The notes beneath the pieces are model-generated. The model searched no databases, was not told the origin of the DNA, and saw nothing but the letters and a program-made list of their open reading frames with translations. A stretch of 63,763 nt of DNA, filler included, from Guillardia theta CCMP2712 (taxonomy: Eukaryota; Protista; Cryptophyta), in NCBI RefSeq assembly GCF_000315625.1. It is 9 parts of 9 records of this genome, joined end to end, with 100 filler letters (N's around TTAATTAATTAA, not from the genome) between each part and the next. Parts side by side here need not be neighbours in the genome. Positions count along the whole stretch, not along the records: positions 1 to 10,402 come from NW_005434433.1; 8 more parts are not named here. One strand, 5' to 3'. Each line of letters starts with the position of its first letter. The stretch's first letter is position 1. A program made the position numbers and the translations under genes. Of this stretch, positions 1 to 10,502 are shown piece after piece.

Positions 1-15
1 TCCCGTGTGTTTCTT

Positions 16-1445
16 GAAACAGGGGGGTCAAGGGAGGTTTTCTTCCCCCTGGGAGAAATGTCCTATGGGTTTTTGGATCTGCGATATAAAAAAGTCTTGT
101 CTCGGTCACGTGATGTGTCACGTGACCGGTCAGGTGAGCCTGTCAGCCGGGTCACGGCCCCTGTCAGCCGGCTGACATGTCACGGGCCTGCTGACACGGT
201 CCGCTGACCGGTCACGGCCGCCCGGAGAGATCAGGCCCCCGGCCAATCTCCGGACACTTAGCCTCCTGGCGGGCCTCCAGGGGGTCTGAGGCGGGGCTGA
301 AGGCTGCAGTCGGTCTAGTGACGGGCCCGGCCGGCAGGATCCGTCGAGAAACAGGGGGGTCAAGGGAGGTTTTCTTCCCCCTGGGAGAAATGTCCTATGG
401 GTTTTTGGATCTGCGATATAAAAAAGTCTTGTCTCGGTCACGTGATGTGTCACGTGACCGGTCAGGTGAGCCTGTCAGCCGGGTCACGGCCCCTGTCAGC
501 CGGCTGACATGTCACGGGCCTGCTGACACGGTCCGCTGACCGGTCACGGCCGCCCGGAGAGATCACGCCCCCGGCCAATCTCCGGACACTTAGCCTCCTG
601 GCGGGCCTCCAGGGGGTCTGAGGCGGGGCTGAAGGCTGCAGTCGGTCTACTGACGGGCCCGGCCGGCAGGATCCGTCAGAAACAGGGGGTCAAGGGAGGT
701 TTTCTTCCCCTTGGGAGAAATGTCCTATGGGTTTTTGGATCTGCGATATAAAAAAGTCTTGTCTCGGTCACGTGATGTGTCACGTGACCGGTCAGGTGAG
801 CCTGTCAGCCGGGTCACGGACCCTGTCAGCCGGCTGACATGTCACGGGCCTGCTGACACGGTCCGCTGACCGGTCACGGCCGCCCGGAGAGATCAGGCCC
901 CCGGCCAATCTCCGGACACTTAGCCTCCTGGCGGGCCTCCAGGGGGTCTGAGGCGGGGCTGAAGGCTGCAGTCGGTCTTCTATGGTTATGTTGCACGGAC
1001 CCGTCGAGAAACAGGGGGGTCAAGGGAGGTTTTCTTCCCCCTGGGAGAAATGTCCTATGGGTTTTTGGATCTGCGATATAAAAAAGTCTTGTCTCGGTCA
1101 CGTGATGTGTCACGTGACCGGTCAGGTGAGCCTGTCAGCCGGGTCACGGCCCCTGTCAGCCGGCTGACATGTCACGGGCCTGCTGACACGGTCCGCTGAC
1201 CGGTCACGGCCGCCCGGAGAGATCAGGCCCCCGGCCAATCTCCGGACACTTAGCCTCCTGGCGGGCCTCCAGGGGGTCTGAGGCGGGGCTGAAGGCTGCA
1301 GTCGGTCTACTGACGGGCCCGGCCGGCAGGATCCGTCGAGAAACAGGGGGGTCAAGGGAGGTTTTCTTCCCCCTGGGAGAAATGTCCTATGGGTTTTTGG
1401 ATCTGCGATATAAAAAAGTCTTGTCTCGGTCACGTGATGTGTCAC
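16..1445. repeat. 332-bp tandem satellite, left array (~4.3 units)
   Basis: Unit starts (gaaacaggggg) at 16, 348, 679, 1008 and 1340. Units are near-identical and rich in GTCAC/GTCAG/TGAC motifs and palindromes. Confidence 0.97.
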
Positions 1446-1571
1446 AAACCTTGTTGCCAACATGATTCATTTAGGATCCTGGCACCTCTGTTTCGATTTG
1501 CAAAAAAACTGTAGCAATGATTCAGCTTTCATTGGTCTCACTGTCACACGGCCCGGCCGGTCTACTGTGAC

Positions 1572-2203
1572 TGTCAGAGCTCATAGGAACCGAGCCCGAG
1601 TCAGACAAAGGCCTATCAGGATGAAAGGACAGTTGGCTGTCTCGTACTCGTGTTCGAAGCTGACTTCTCCTGGATGACCCAGGATACTCTACTCCAGTGT
1701 GAAGCTGCTGAAAGGACCCCTGTGGAGGCCTTTGTTGCAGCAACCGTGTACCCGTGGGGGACTTACAAGGTAAACAGAAGGGGTGCGTCTTGTGCAGTAC
1801 GACCCGTTGGAAGCAGCTTGCTGCCATGCAAGGACGGGGTTCTCTTCCCTGCGAGAGAGCATGGTATCCTCTCGAAGGTCAGAAGGGATGCTTGTCAACT
1901 TCCAAGAACAGGACACCCCTCCTTTCTGTAGCCAAGAGACGGCACCCCTGGCTCATTCCTCGAAGCTATAAAAGGATGAAACTCGTCAGAGCTAGGTGGT
2001 CCTCTTCCCCTTTCGTGTGTGTGTCACGATTGTTGAGACGTCTTTGTGTGTATCGTCTTGTCTTGTTTTGTGTGTGTGTGAAAGAAATAAAAGAGAGTTA
2101 GATCTCCTTCTGTTTCACCGCTTTCCCTCTTAGTAGAGAAATCCAACGTGAGTTCTTATTGAACTGCGCTGAAGGTCCACTCGAGAATCTTCGAGGTGTG
2201 ACA
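1572..2203 (+). repeat. 5' LTR (632 bp)
   Basis: Runs tgtcagagctc...gaggtgtgaca and matches 8262-8893, with one substitution noticed (gcctatc vs gtctatc). TATA-like tataaaa ~1967, AATAAA ~2086. Confidence 0.97.
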
Positions 2204-2208
2204 TAAAT

Positions 2209-2219
2209 TGGTAGCAAGG
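2209..2219 (+). promoter_or_regulatory. Primer-binding site, probably tRNA-iMet
   Basis: TGGTAGCAAGG lies 5 nt after the LTR. It is complementary to a tRNA ending CCUUGCU-A-CCA, implying the A1:U72 pair typical of eukaryotic initiator tRNA. Confidence 0.75.
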
Positions 2220-2307
2220 TTGTGATCGGTGATAGAGATCGAGTCTTCTCTCTTCCCCTCCCTTTCTCCACTGTTCTTCTGCTTCTTCCTACGCTTACGT
2301 CGCGTAG

Positions 2308-5300
2308 ATGTCCGGATACAATACTCGACTCGCAGCTCGCATGCTGGACGAGAATGCTACGGATACTTTGGAACATGACTGGCAATCTGCTGCCGGCATT
2401 GACGACGATCTTCGTCCCGAATCGACCGAGGATCGGTCGCTCCAAAACATGTCTGCCGCGCTGCTGGAGGTTCAGCAGCGGTTGAACGCTCTCGAAGCTC
2501 CTGCTTCTTCTGAGGCGGTCCCGCCCGCCGCTCTCAAGCCTGGACCGCCCCCCATCTCCTCGCGTGACGGTCCTCAGCTGGTCTCTCTGGCTGATCAGCA
2601 ATTGCTTGCTAAGTTGCGCAATCTCCCCAAGTTGGATACTGCCCGCCAAACTAGCGCCAACAATGTCTTGACATGGGTTCAAACCATTCAGTACTCCTTT
2701 GCTGTGTATGGTATTCCCCGAGCCAACTGGGTTGTCCATACCCTCGATTTACTGGATGCTCCAGTGCGCCAACACTTCGTGGCCAAGTACCCGCCAGAGA
2801 CCTTTCGCCGCATGGAGTGGGATACATTTTCAGAGGAAATTCGTGAAAAATTCCTGCCTCCTCACCTGCTGTCGAATCTCATTCACCAACTCGACAATTT
2901 GAATCAAGACCGTCAGGAATCTCTTGCTTCGTATGCTGCCCGAACCCTGACCTTAATCGAGCAACTTCAGCTCCTTCCGGATGGTAAATTATTTGCGACG
3001 TCCTCACTGGTCTGCAAACGGTTCATTAATGGTGTCCGATCGCATATGACTGCTCTACTCTTGAATCAGTGGGTGACTCTACAGCGTTCGGATGATGTTG
3101 ACTTCCGTCAGCTCAGGGAGTACGCGCTCAAGATCGACAATCAGACCAGAACCAAAGACCATTCGACGGGAGCAGATCCCCACCGGCAGCTCTACTCCGT
3201 GCAGGTGGGCAATCGCTCCTCTAATTCTAATGATCGCAAGAGTCGTCCTTCTGGCAAGGCTTCGGCCTTCAAAGAGCGCCGTGCTGCTCGGCAGGACGCC
3301 AGGAGTGCGGGAGACTCCTCGTCCCCAAACACATCGACCAATGCCATCCGTTGTTACAACTGTGGCAAACTCGGACATCGATCTTCCGAGTGTCGTCGTA
3401 CCCGCCGCAGTCAGAGTCCTGAACGTGAGCAGTCGTCCGACTCCTCCTCTCCGCCTCTGCTTGGCGCTGTTCAGACTTCCGACGACCGCAAGGCTGCTCC
3501 GTCCGTTGCAGCTAACAAGATTGCTGCTCGCTCGAAGACGCCTAAGCGCCGTCCTCAGGTGCATTTTGCTGAAGAACTGGAAGATGCAGTGCCTCTGGAC
3601 GGTGACGCTCTCGAGGTACACTTGCATCCGATTGCACTCCATTCCCTTGGCTCTCAGGAGCACGGGGCGTCTTCAGGATCGCTTCTCTATCTGCCCATTG
3701 TACCACTCACCTCTCCGGTGCCAGCTACTACTTCCGAGATCCTGGCTTTGCTTGACTCGGGTGCTGAGATCAGTGTGATCTCGCGTCAGGTTGCGCGACA
3801 GCTCCAATTGACCACACAGCGTATTCCCGCCACGCTTACCGCTCAGTTCGCTCATGGCGACGCCAAGGTCGTGCTTCGTGAAACCTGTCTCCTGCCGTTT
3901 CGCATTGCAGGCACCAATGTTGAAACGCAAGAAACGTTCTTCATTTTGGACTCTCCAGCATCACTGCCGGCGATCTTGTCCCAACCGTTCATTGCCAAGA
4001 TGAAAATGAATATCGACTTTCATTCCAAGCTCGTTACTATTCCAGCGCAGGATGGTACTGCGGGGCGTCAACGCCTTCCGCTCGCATTTCACATCCCTGG
4101 TCCTGGCTCCGCGGCTATGCGGCAAGCCCAGTGTTTGATTTTTCCCTGGCATGCGGACTGGAACACGCTTCAGCCTCCTCCACCTGAGGATATGATGCCC
4201 TGGGTCATGGCGACCGTGTCCTCGCCTGTTTCTACCAGTTCGTTGGTCTCTCAGGTCGCCTCGTCGGACTCGCCGCTCGCAGCTCAGGCCTTGCAGGAGC
4301 TACTCGAGGATTTTTCCGATGTTCTGGTGGACGAACTACCAATCCAGCCACCTGTCTCGCGGGGGCAGTATGACGTTGTCCTTCGGGTTCCTGATGACGT
4401 TCGTCCAATTCGTCGTCGTCCCTACCGCCTTCCTGCGACGCTCCAGGAGGAGCTCGCTAAAACGATCGACTTCTTGTTGGCACGTGGCATCATCGAACGA
4501 AACAATGATGTCAAGTGGCAGAGTCCCGTCATCTTTGTTCGCAAAGGTCTTTCCTCTGAAGGAGTTCCTCAATTTCGTTTTTGTATTGATTATCGAGGAG
4601 TCAACAATCACCTCCTCGACGACAGTTTTCCGCCTCCCGTCCCTACCGAGCTCATGGAACGGATCGGGCGAGTGCTCTCGCAGCGTACTGAGTCCAGTAC
4701 GGATACCCTCTACTTCAGCAAGCTGGATATGGCCTCAGGATTCTGGCAGCTAGCTCTCACTCCTGACAGTTCTCAATATACTGGGTTTGTTACTGAACAA
4801 GGATCCTACCAATTCCGCGCTCTGCCCTTTGGTCTGAAAACGGCCACAGCTGCCTTACAGAAGTTCTCACAGGGCATCCTCGCAGGTATGGCCAACGTTT
4901 TAGTCTACGTCGATGATCTCTTACTCTTTTCCATGGGTAATCCTCGTTCACACCTACAGCAGGTGCGTCTCCTACTGGAGCGCCTCCGCCACCACCAGGT
5001 CTTCGTTAAACGGAGCAAGTGTGTGTTTCTTCAGACGCAGATCAGTTTTCTCGGATATACTTTGAATGCGCATGGGATTGCACCCGAGGCTAGCAAAGTT
5101 GCTGCCATCGAAGATTTTCCGCCTCCTGCATCTGTGAGACAACTTCGCCAATTTTTAGGCCTCGCCAATTTTTATCGGCGTTTCATCAAGAATTTTGCCA
5201 ACTATGCTGCACCTCTCTCAGATCTGCTGAAAACCAGTCAACGTCGCTTCGTGTGGACTCGGTCTGCTGAGACTGCTTTTGCCGCGCTCAAGACAGCTCT

Positions 5301-8151
5301 TACGCAGGCTCCAGTCTTGGCTCACTTCCGTTCTGATCGGCTGACCATCCTGTACACAGACGCTAGCGACCTGGCCATTGGAGCCGCGCTTCATCAGATC
5401 GATGAAAACAACGAGGAACATCCCGTTGCATTCTATGGCAAGAAACTCTCCTCCGCCGAACGCAATTACTCCACCTATGAGCGTGAGCTTCTTGCTCTCA
5501 AGGAAAGTCTCCGTCATTTTTCCTACTACTTGATTGGTCGTCGCTTTCGTGTATGTACCGATCACCACAGCTTGATCAGATTGAACACCCAGTCTGAACT
5601 CTCTCCCCGCCTGGCTCGTTGGTTGTCTACCTTCCTTCAGTACGACATGGAGATCCACCACATCCCTGGCGAAACTAACGTCGTTGCTGATGCCCTCAGT
5701 CGGATCTCAGGCGACTCGCCTGCTCCATCGTTCGCTCCCCAATCACCCGCTGATCTGACTCAGGCTCATGATCGCGCTATGCGCGCTGAAGACATTGCTC
5801 GGGATCTTCTTGTTGGTCTTCATACCGTTCAGATGCTTACGGATTCCTCGTTCGTCTCCCAACTGATGCAGAACTACTCCACCTGTCCTGATTTTCAGGT
5901 TTTATACCAATTGGGCAAAGATGGTGAATTGCTCGGCCAACCGGGTTGTCGTCATTTTGAATTTTCGGATGACTTGCTCTACTATGTTGACTCTACCGGC
6001 AGGACGAGGATCTGTGTTCCTACCGCTATCCGCGCTGCTGTACTACGCCTAGCGCATGATGATGCCGGACATGTGGGTTCTGACAAAACCTATCTCTCAC
6101 TTGTTGCCAAAGTCTACTGGAATAACATGAAGCGTGACGTCGAAAATTACGTGCATTCCTGCCTCATTTGCCAGGCTGCGAAGAACTACAAACAGAAACC
6201 CATCGGTTTGCCCAAGAGTCATGACGTTCCTGCTGACAAATTTGACGTCATCTCCGTCGATCTCCTCAGTGGACTTCCGACTACCTCCCAAGGTCATGAT
6301 TCTCTCTTCGTCATGTTGGACTCGTTCTCGCAACATGTCACGCTGGCTCCAACTCACAAGTCTGCTACGACCCAGGAACTTGTGGATTTATTTCTCCAAT
6401 ACTTCTATCGCACTCGTGGTCTTCCTGCTGCGATCCTTTCGGATAATGGGCCAAATGTCTCCTCGCATTTTTGGGACACAGTATTTCAGACGCTGGGCGT
6501 TCAGGTACGCCACTCCTCCAAGTACTATCCCCAGGCCAATGGTCGCGTTGAACGGATCAATGCAACCATTCTGGATATGCTCCGCACTAAACTCGCTCAG
6601 GGTTCATCTGAATGGACAGTCCATCTTCCATTCATTGAGTTTGCTCTCAATCATGCTCCCCGTCGTGAAACAGGGTTATCTGCCTTTCAAGTGGAATACG
6701 GCAAGAATCCGCGCTCAGTTATGGACTTGACCCTTGATCAGGTTCTTCCTCAAGCCCGCACGACTGTCGACAACATACGTGCAGGTGAAAACCTTGTTCG
6801 AGATACCTTGGCCTCGATCGCCAATCGAGCAGAGACGCGTCTACTTCCTTCTCGCCGCCCGCTTCGCTGGCAAGTTGGTGATTTGGTCTGGATCGACGCG
6901 CGTTTATTCAATCAGCAGTTTGAAATTCGCAAATTTCGAGATCGATACATTGGTCCTTTCCCAATCACCGAGGTTTGCAACAACAACAATTATCGAGTTG
7001 ATGTTCGCCAGCGCTTCCCTCGCATGGATCAAGATGTTTTTAATGCCAAGTTCCTACGCCCCCATGTGCGCAGAAGATCATTTGCAACAGCCTGGGGTTT
7101 CCCAACCTGTCCCTGGATCTACGAGTGGCTCGCATCATCCATCATCGTCACNNNNNNNNNNNNNNNNNNNNNNNNNNNNNNNNNNNNNNNNNNNNNNNNN
7201 NNNNNNNNNNNNNNNNNNNNNNNNNNNNNNNNNNNNNNNNNNNNNNNNNNNNNNNNNNNNNNNNNNNNNNNNNNNNNNNNNNNNNNNNNNNNNNNNNTGG
7301 GCGTTCAGGTACGCCACTCCTCAAGTACTATCTCAGCATGTCGCGTGACGAATCAATGCACCATTCTGGATATGCTCGCACTAAACTCGCTCAGGGTTCA
7401 TCTGAATGGACAGTCCATCTTCCATTCATTGAGTTTGCTCTCAATCATGCTCCCTGTCGTGAAACAGGGTTATCTGCCTTTCAAGTGGAATACGGCAAGA
7501 ATCCGCGCTCAGTTTATGGACTTGACCCTTGATCAGGTTCTTCCTCAAGCCCGCACGACTGTCGACAACATACGTGCAGGTGAAAACCTTGTTCGAGATA
7601 CCTTGGCCTCGATCGCCAATCGAGCAGAGACGCGTCTACTTCCTTCTCGCCGCCCGCTTCGCTGGCAAGTTGGTGATTTGGTCTGGATCGACGCGCGTTT
7701 ATTCAATCAGCAGTTTGAAATTCGCAAATTTCGAGATCGATACATTGGTCCTTTCCCAATCACCGAGGTTTGCAACAACAACAATTATCGAGTTGATGTT
7801 CGCCAGCGCTTCCCTCGCATGGATCAAGATGTTTTTAATGCCAAGTTCCTACGCCCCCATGTGCGCAGGAAAGATCATTTGCAACAGCCTGTGGTTTCCC
7901 AACCTGTCCCTGGATTCTACGAAGTGGCTCGCATCATCCATCATCGTCAACGTAATGGTGCGAAGCAATATCTGGTTCGTTGGAAGGGATTTTCCTCCGC
8001 CGACGACACTTGGGAACCTGTTGCCCATCTCTCGCGTACACCGGCGCTCCGTCAGTTGCTTCAGAAATATGAACAGCATCGCACGCGTCAAGATGCGTCT
8101 GCAGCTTCTCATGGACAGCGGCAGCGGCAGCGTCGTGCGCCTCTCAATTAG
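2308..8151 (+). CDS. Gag-Pol polyprotein with C-terminal chromodomain (~1680 aa once the duplicated gap-flanking segment is collapsed)
   Basis: CCHC knuckle CYNCGKLGHRSSEC; protease LLDSGA; RT YVDD; RNase H TDAS..ERELLA..TDH; integrase HHCC (HDDAGH..CLIC) with D,D(35)E (VDLL, SDNG, VERIN) and GPF; chromodomain YEVARII..QYLVRWKGFSSADDTWEP. Confidence 0.95.
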   Translation: MSGYNTRLAARMLDENATDTLEHDWQSAAGIDDDLRPESTEDRSLQNMSAALLEVQQRLNALEAPASSEAVPPAALKPGPPPISSRDGPQLVSLADQQLLAKLRNLPKLDTARQTSANNVLTWVQTIQYSFAVYGIPRANWVVHTLDLLDAPVRQHFVAKYPPETFRRMEWDTFSEEIREKFLPPHLLSNLIHQLDNLNQDRQESLASYAARTLTLIEQLQLLPDGKLFATSSLVCKRFINGVRSHMTALLLNQWVTLQRSDDVDFRQLREYALKIDNQTRTKDHSTGADPHRQLYSVQVGNRSSNSNDRKSRPSGKASAFKERRAARQDARSAGDSSSPNTSTNAIRCYNCGKLGHRSSECRRTRRSQSPEREQSSDSSSPPLLGAVQTSDDRKAAPSVAANKIAARSKTPKRRPQVHFAEELEDAVPLDGDALEVHLHPIALHSLGSQEHGASSGSLLYLPIVPLTSPVPATTSEILALLDSGAEISVISRQVARQLQLTTQRIPATLTAQFAHGDAKVVLRETCLLPFRIAGTNVETQETFFILDSPASLPAILSQPFIAKMKMNIDFHSKLVTIPAQDGTAGRQRLPLAFHIPGPGSAAMRQAQCLIFPWHADWNTLQPPPPEDMMPWVMATVSSPVSTSSLVSQVASSDSPLAAQALQELLEDFSDVLVDELPIQPPVSRGQYDVVLRVPDDVRPIRRRPYRLPATLQEELAKTIDFLLARGIIERNNDVKWQSPVIFVRKGLSSEGVPQFRFCIDYRGVNNHLLDDSFPPPVPTELMERIGRVLSQRTESSTDTLYFSKLDMASGFWQLALTPDSSQYTGFVTEQGSYQFRALPFGLKTATAALQKFSQGILAGMANVLVYVDDLLLFSMGNPRSHLQQVRLLLERLRHHQVFVKRSKCVFLQTQISFLGYTLNAHGIAPEASKVAAIEDFPPPASVRQLRQFLGLANFYRRFIKNFANYAAPLSDLLKTSQRRFVWTRSAETAFAALKTALTQAPVLAHFRSDRLTILYTDASDLAIGAALHQIDENNEEHPVAFYGKKLSSAERNYSTYERELLALKESLRHFSYYLIGRRFRVCTDHHSLIRLNTQSELSPRLARWLSTFLQYDMEIHHIPGETNVVADALSRISGDSPAPSFAPQSPADLTQAHDRAMRAEDIARDLLVGLHTVQMLTDSSFVSQLMQNYSTCPDFQVLYQLGKDGELLGQPGCRHFEFSDDLLYYVDSTGRTRICVPTAIRAAVLRLAHDDAGHVGSDKTYLSLVAKVYWNNMKRDVENYVHSCLICQAAKNYKQKPIGLPKSHDVPADKFDVISVDLLSGLPTTSQGHDSLFVMLDSFSQHVTLAPTHKSATTQELVDLFLQYFYRTRGLPAAILSDNGPNVSSHFWDTVFQTLGVQVRHSSKYYPQANGRVERINATILDMLRTKLAQGSSEWTVHLPFIEFALNHAPRRETGLSAFQVEYGKNPRSVMDLTLDQVLPQARTTVDNIRAGENLVRDTLASIANRAETRLLPSRRPLRWQVGDLVWIDARLFNQQFEIRKFRDRYIGPFPITEVCNNNNYRVDVRQRFPRMDQDVFNAKFLRPHVRRRSFATAWGFPTCPWIYEWLASSIIVXXXXXXXXXXXXXXXXXXXXXXXXXXXXXXXXXXXXXXXXXXXXXXXXXXGVQVRHSSSTISACRVTNQCTILDMLALNSLRVHLNGQSIFHSLSLLSIMLPVVKQGYLPFKWNTARIRAQFMDLTLDQVLPQARTTVDNIRAGENLVRDTLASIANRAETRLLPSRRPLRWQVGDLVWIDARLFNQQFEIRKFRDRYIGPFPITEVCNNNNYRVDVRQRFPRMDQDVFNAKFLRPHVRRKDHLQQPVVSQPVPGFYEVARIIHHRQRNGAKQYLVRWKGFSSADDTWEPVAHLSRTPALRQLLQKYEQHRTRQDASAASHGQRQRQRRAPLN

Positions 8152-8240
8152 GAATTTTACGTACTGCGCCTGGAGCGTGTCAGAGGAAAAACAGATTTGA
8201 CAAGCTGAGAAAGCGAAGTTTTCTGAGTCCGGAGCACTCC

Positions 8241-8261
8241 AAGAAAGCGCAGAGAAGAGCG
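8241..8261 (+). promoter_or_regulatory. Polypurine tract
   Basis: aagaaagcgcagagaagagcg immediately precedes the 3' LTR. Confidence 0.7.
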
Positions 8262-8893
8262 TGTCAGAGCTCATAGGAACCGAGCCCGAGTCAGACAAAG
8301 GTCTATCAGGATGAAAGGACAGTTGGCTGTCTCGTACTCGTGTTCGAAGCTGACTTCTCCTGGATGACCCAGGATACTCTACTCCAGTGTGAAGCTGCTG
8401 AAAGGACCCCTGTGGAGGCCTTTGTTGCAGCAACCGTGTACCCGTGGGGGACTTACAAGGTAAACAGAAGGGGTGCGTCTTGTGCAGTACGACCCGTTGG
8501 AAGCAGCTTGCTGCCATGCAAGGACGGGGTTCTCTTCCCTGCGAGAGAGCATGGTATCCTCTCGAAGGTCAGAAGGGATGCTTGTCAACTTCCAAGAACA
8601 GGACACCCCTCCTTTCTGTAGCCAAGAGACGGCACCCCTGGCTCATTCCTCGAAGCTATAAAAGGATGAAACTCGTCAGAGCTAGGTGGTCCTCTTCCCC
8701 TTTCGTGTGTGTGTCACGATTGTTGAGACGTCTTTGTGTGTATCGTCTTGTCTTGTTTTGTGTGTGTGTGAAAGAAATAAAAGAGAGTTAGATCTCCTTC
8801 TGTTTCACCGCTTTCCCTCTTAGTAGAGAAATCCAACGTGAGTTCTTATTGAACTGCGCTGAAGGTCCACTCGAGAATCTTCGAGGTGTGACA
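8262..8893 (+). repeat. 3' LTR (632 bp)
   Basis: Direct repeat of 1572-2203. Confidence 0.97.
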
Positions 8894-10402
8894 CCGTCGA
8901 GAAACCTGGCGGGCCTCCAGGGGGTCTGAGGCGGGGCTGAAGGCTGCAGTCGGTCTACTGACGGGCCCGGCCGGCAGTCTTGTCTCGGTCACGTGATGTG
9001 TCACGTGACCGGTCAGGTGAGCCTGTCAGCCGGGTCACGGACCCTGTCAGCCGGCTGACATGTCACGGGCCTGCTGACACGGTCCGCTGACCGGTCACGG
9101 CCGCCCGGAGAGATCAGGCCCCCGGCCAATCTCCGGACACTTAGCCTCCTGGCGGGCCTCCAGGGGGTCTGAGGCGGGGCTGAAGGCTGCAGTCGGTCTA
9201 CTGACGATCCCGGCCGGCAGGATCCGTCGAGAAACAGGGGGGTCAAGGGAGGTTTTCTTCCCCCTGGGAGAAATGTCCTATGGGTTTTTGGATCTGCGAT
9301 ATAAAAAAGTCTTGTCTCGGTCACGTGATGTGTCACGTGACCGGTCAGGTGAGCCTGTCAGCCGGGTCACGGCCCCTGTCAGCCGGCTGACATGTCACGG
9401 GCCTGCTGACACGGTCCGCTGACCGGTCACGGCCGCCCGGAGAGATCAGGCCCCCGGCCAATCTCCGGACACTTAGCCTCCTGGCGGGCCTCCAGGGGGT
9501 CTGAGGCGGGGCTGAAGGCTGCAGTCGGTCTACTGACGGGCCCGGCCGGCAGGATCCGTCGAGAAACAGGGGGGTCAAGGGAGGTTTTCTTCCCCCTGGG
9601 AGAAATGTCCTATGGGTTTTTGGATCTGCGATATAAAAAAGTCTTGTCTCGGTCACGTGATGTGTCACGTGACCGGTCAGGTGAGCCTGTCAGCCGGGTC
9701 ACGGACCCTGTCAGCCGGCTGACATGTCACGGGCCTGCTGACACGGTCCGCTGACCGGTCACGGCCGCCCGGAGAGATCAGGCCCCCGGCCAATCTCCGG
9801 ACACTTAGCCTCCTGGCGGGCCTCCAGGGGGTCTGAGGCGGGGCTGAAGGCTGCAGTCGGTCTACTGACGGGCCCGGCCGGCAGGATCCGTCGAGAAACA
9901 GGGGGGTCAAGGGAGGTTTTCTTCCCCTGGGAGAAATGTCCTATGGGTTTTTGGATCTGCGATATAAAAAAGTCTTGTCTCGGTCACGTGATGTGTCACG
10001 TGACCGGTCAGGTGAGCCTGTCAGCCGGGTCACGGCCCCTGTCAGCCGGCTGACATGTCACGGGCCTGCTGACACGGTCCGCTGACCGGTCACGGCCGCC
10101 CGGAGAGATCAGGCCCCCGGCCAATCTCCGGACACTTAGCCTCCTGGCGGGCCTCCAGGGGGTCTGAGGCGGGGCTGAAGGCTGCAGTCGGTCTACTGAC
10201 GGGCCCGGCCGGCAGGATCCGTCGAGAAACAGGGGGGTCAAGGGAGGTTTTCTTCCCCTGGGAGAAATGTCCTATGGGTTTTTGGATCTGCGATATAAAA
10301 AAGTCTTGTCTCGGTCACGTGATGTGTCACGTGACCGGTCAGGTGAGCCTGTCAGCCGGGTCACGGAACCCTGTCAAGCCGGCTGACATGTCACGGGCCT
10401 GC
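8894..10402. repeat. 332-bp tandem satellite, right array (~4.5 units, same orientation as the left array)
   Basis: Same monomer as 16-1445. The first ~100 bp is internally deleted and the array runs to the scaffold end. Confidence 0.97.
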
Positions 10403-10446
10403 NNNNNNNNNNNNNNNNNNNNNNNNNNNNNNNNNNNNNNNNNNNN

Positions 10447-10458
10447 TTAATTAATTAA
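10447..10458. other. Artificial scaffold linker TTAATTAATTAA within N runs (also ~23191, 30322, 34753, 37556, 49402, 58251, 62381)
   Basis: The identical palindromic six-frame-stop 12-mer is centred in equal-length N runs eight times. Confidence 0.95.
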
Positions 10459-10502
10459 NNNNNNNNNNNNNNNNNNNNNNNNNNNNNNNNNNNNNNNNNN
10501 NN

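Larger units (their letters stand above)
1572..8893 (+). mobile_element. Full-length Ty3/Gypsy LTR retrotransposon (chromovirus)
   Basis: Two 632-bp LTRs (TGTCA...TGACA), PBS, PPT, and a single gag-pol ORF in PR-RT-RH-INT-chromodomain order. Confidence 0.97.

Noticed and set aside
7-1463. Recurrent 60-113-aa ORFs in the satellite, and small ORFs in the LTRs
   Set aside because: By-products of repeated non-coding sequence. The unit length is not a multiple of 3 and no motifs are present.
6494-7950. Apparent tandem duplication of the integrase C-terminus (6494-7151 repeated at 7298-7950)
   Set aside because: The copies flank an N gap and are error-rich only at the gap edges. This is an unmerged contig overlap.
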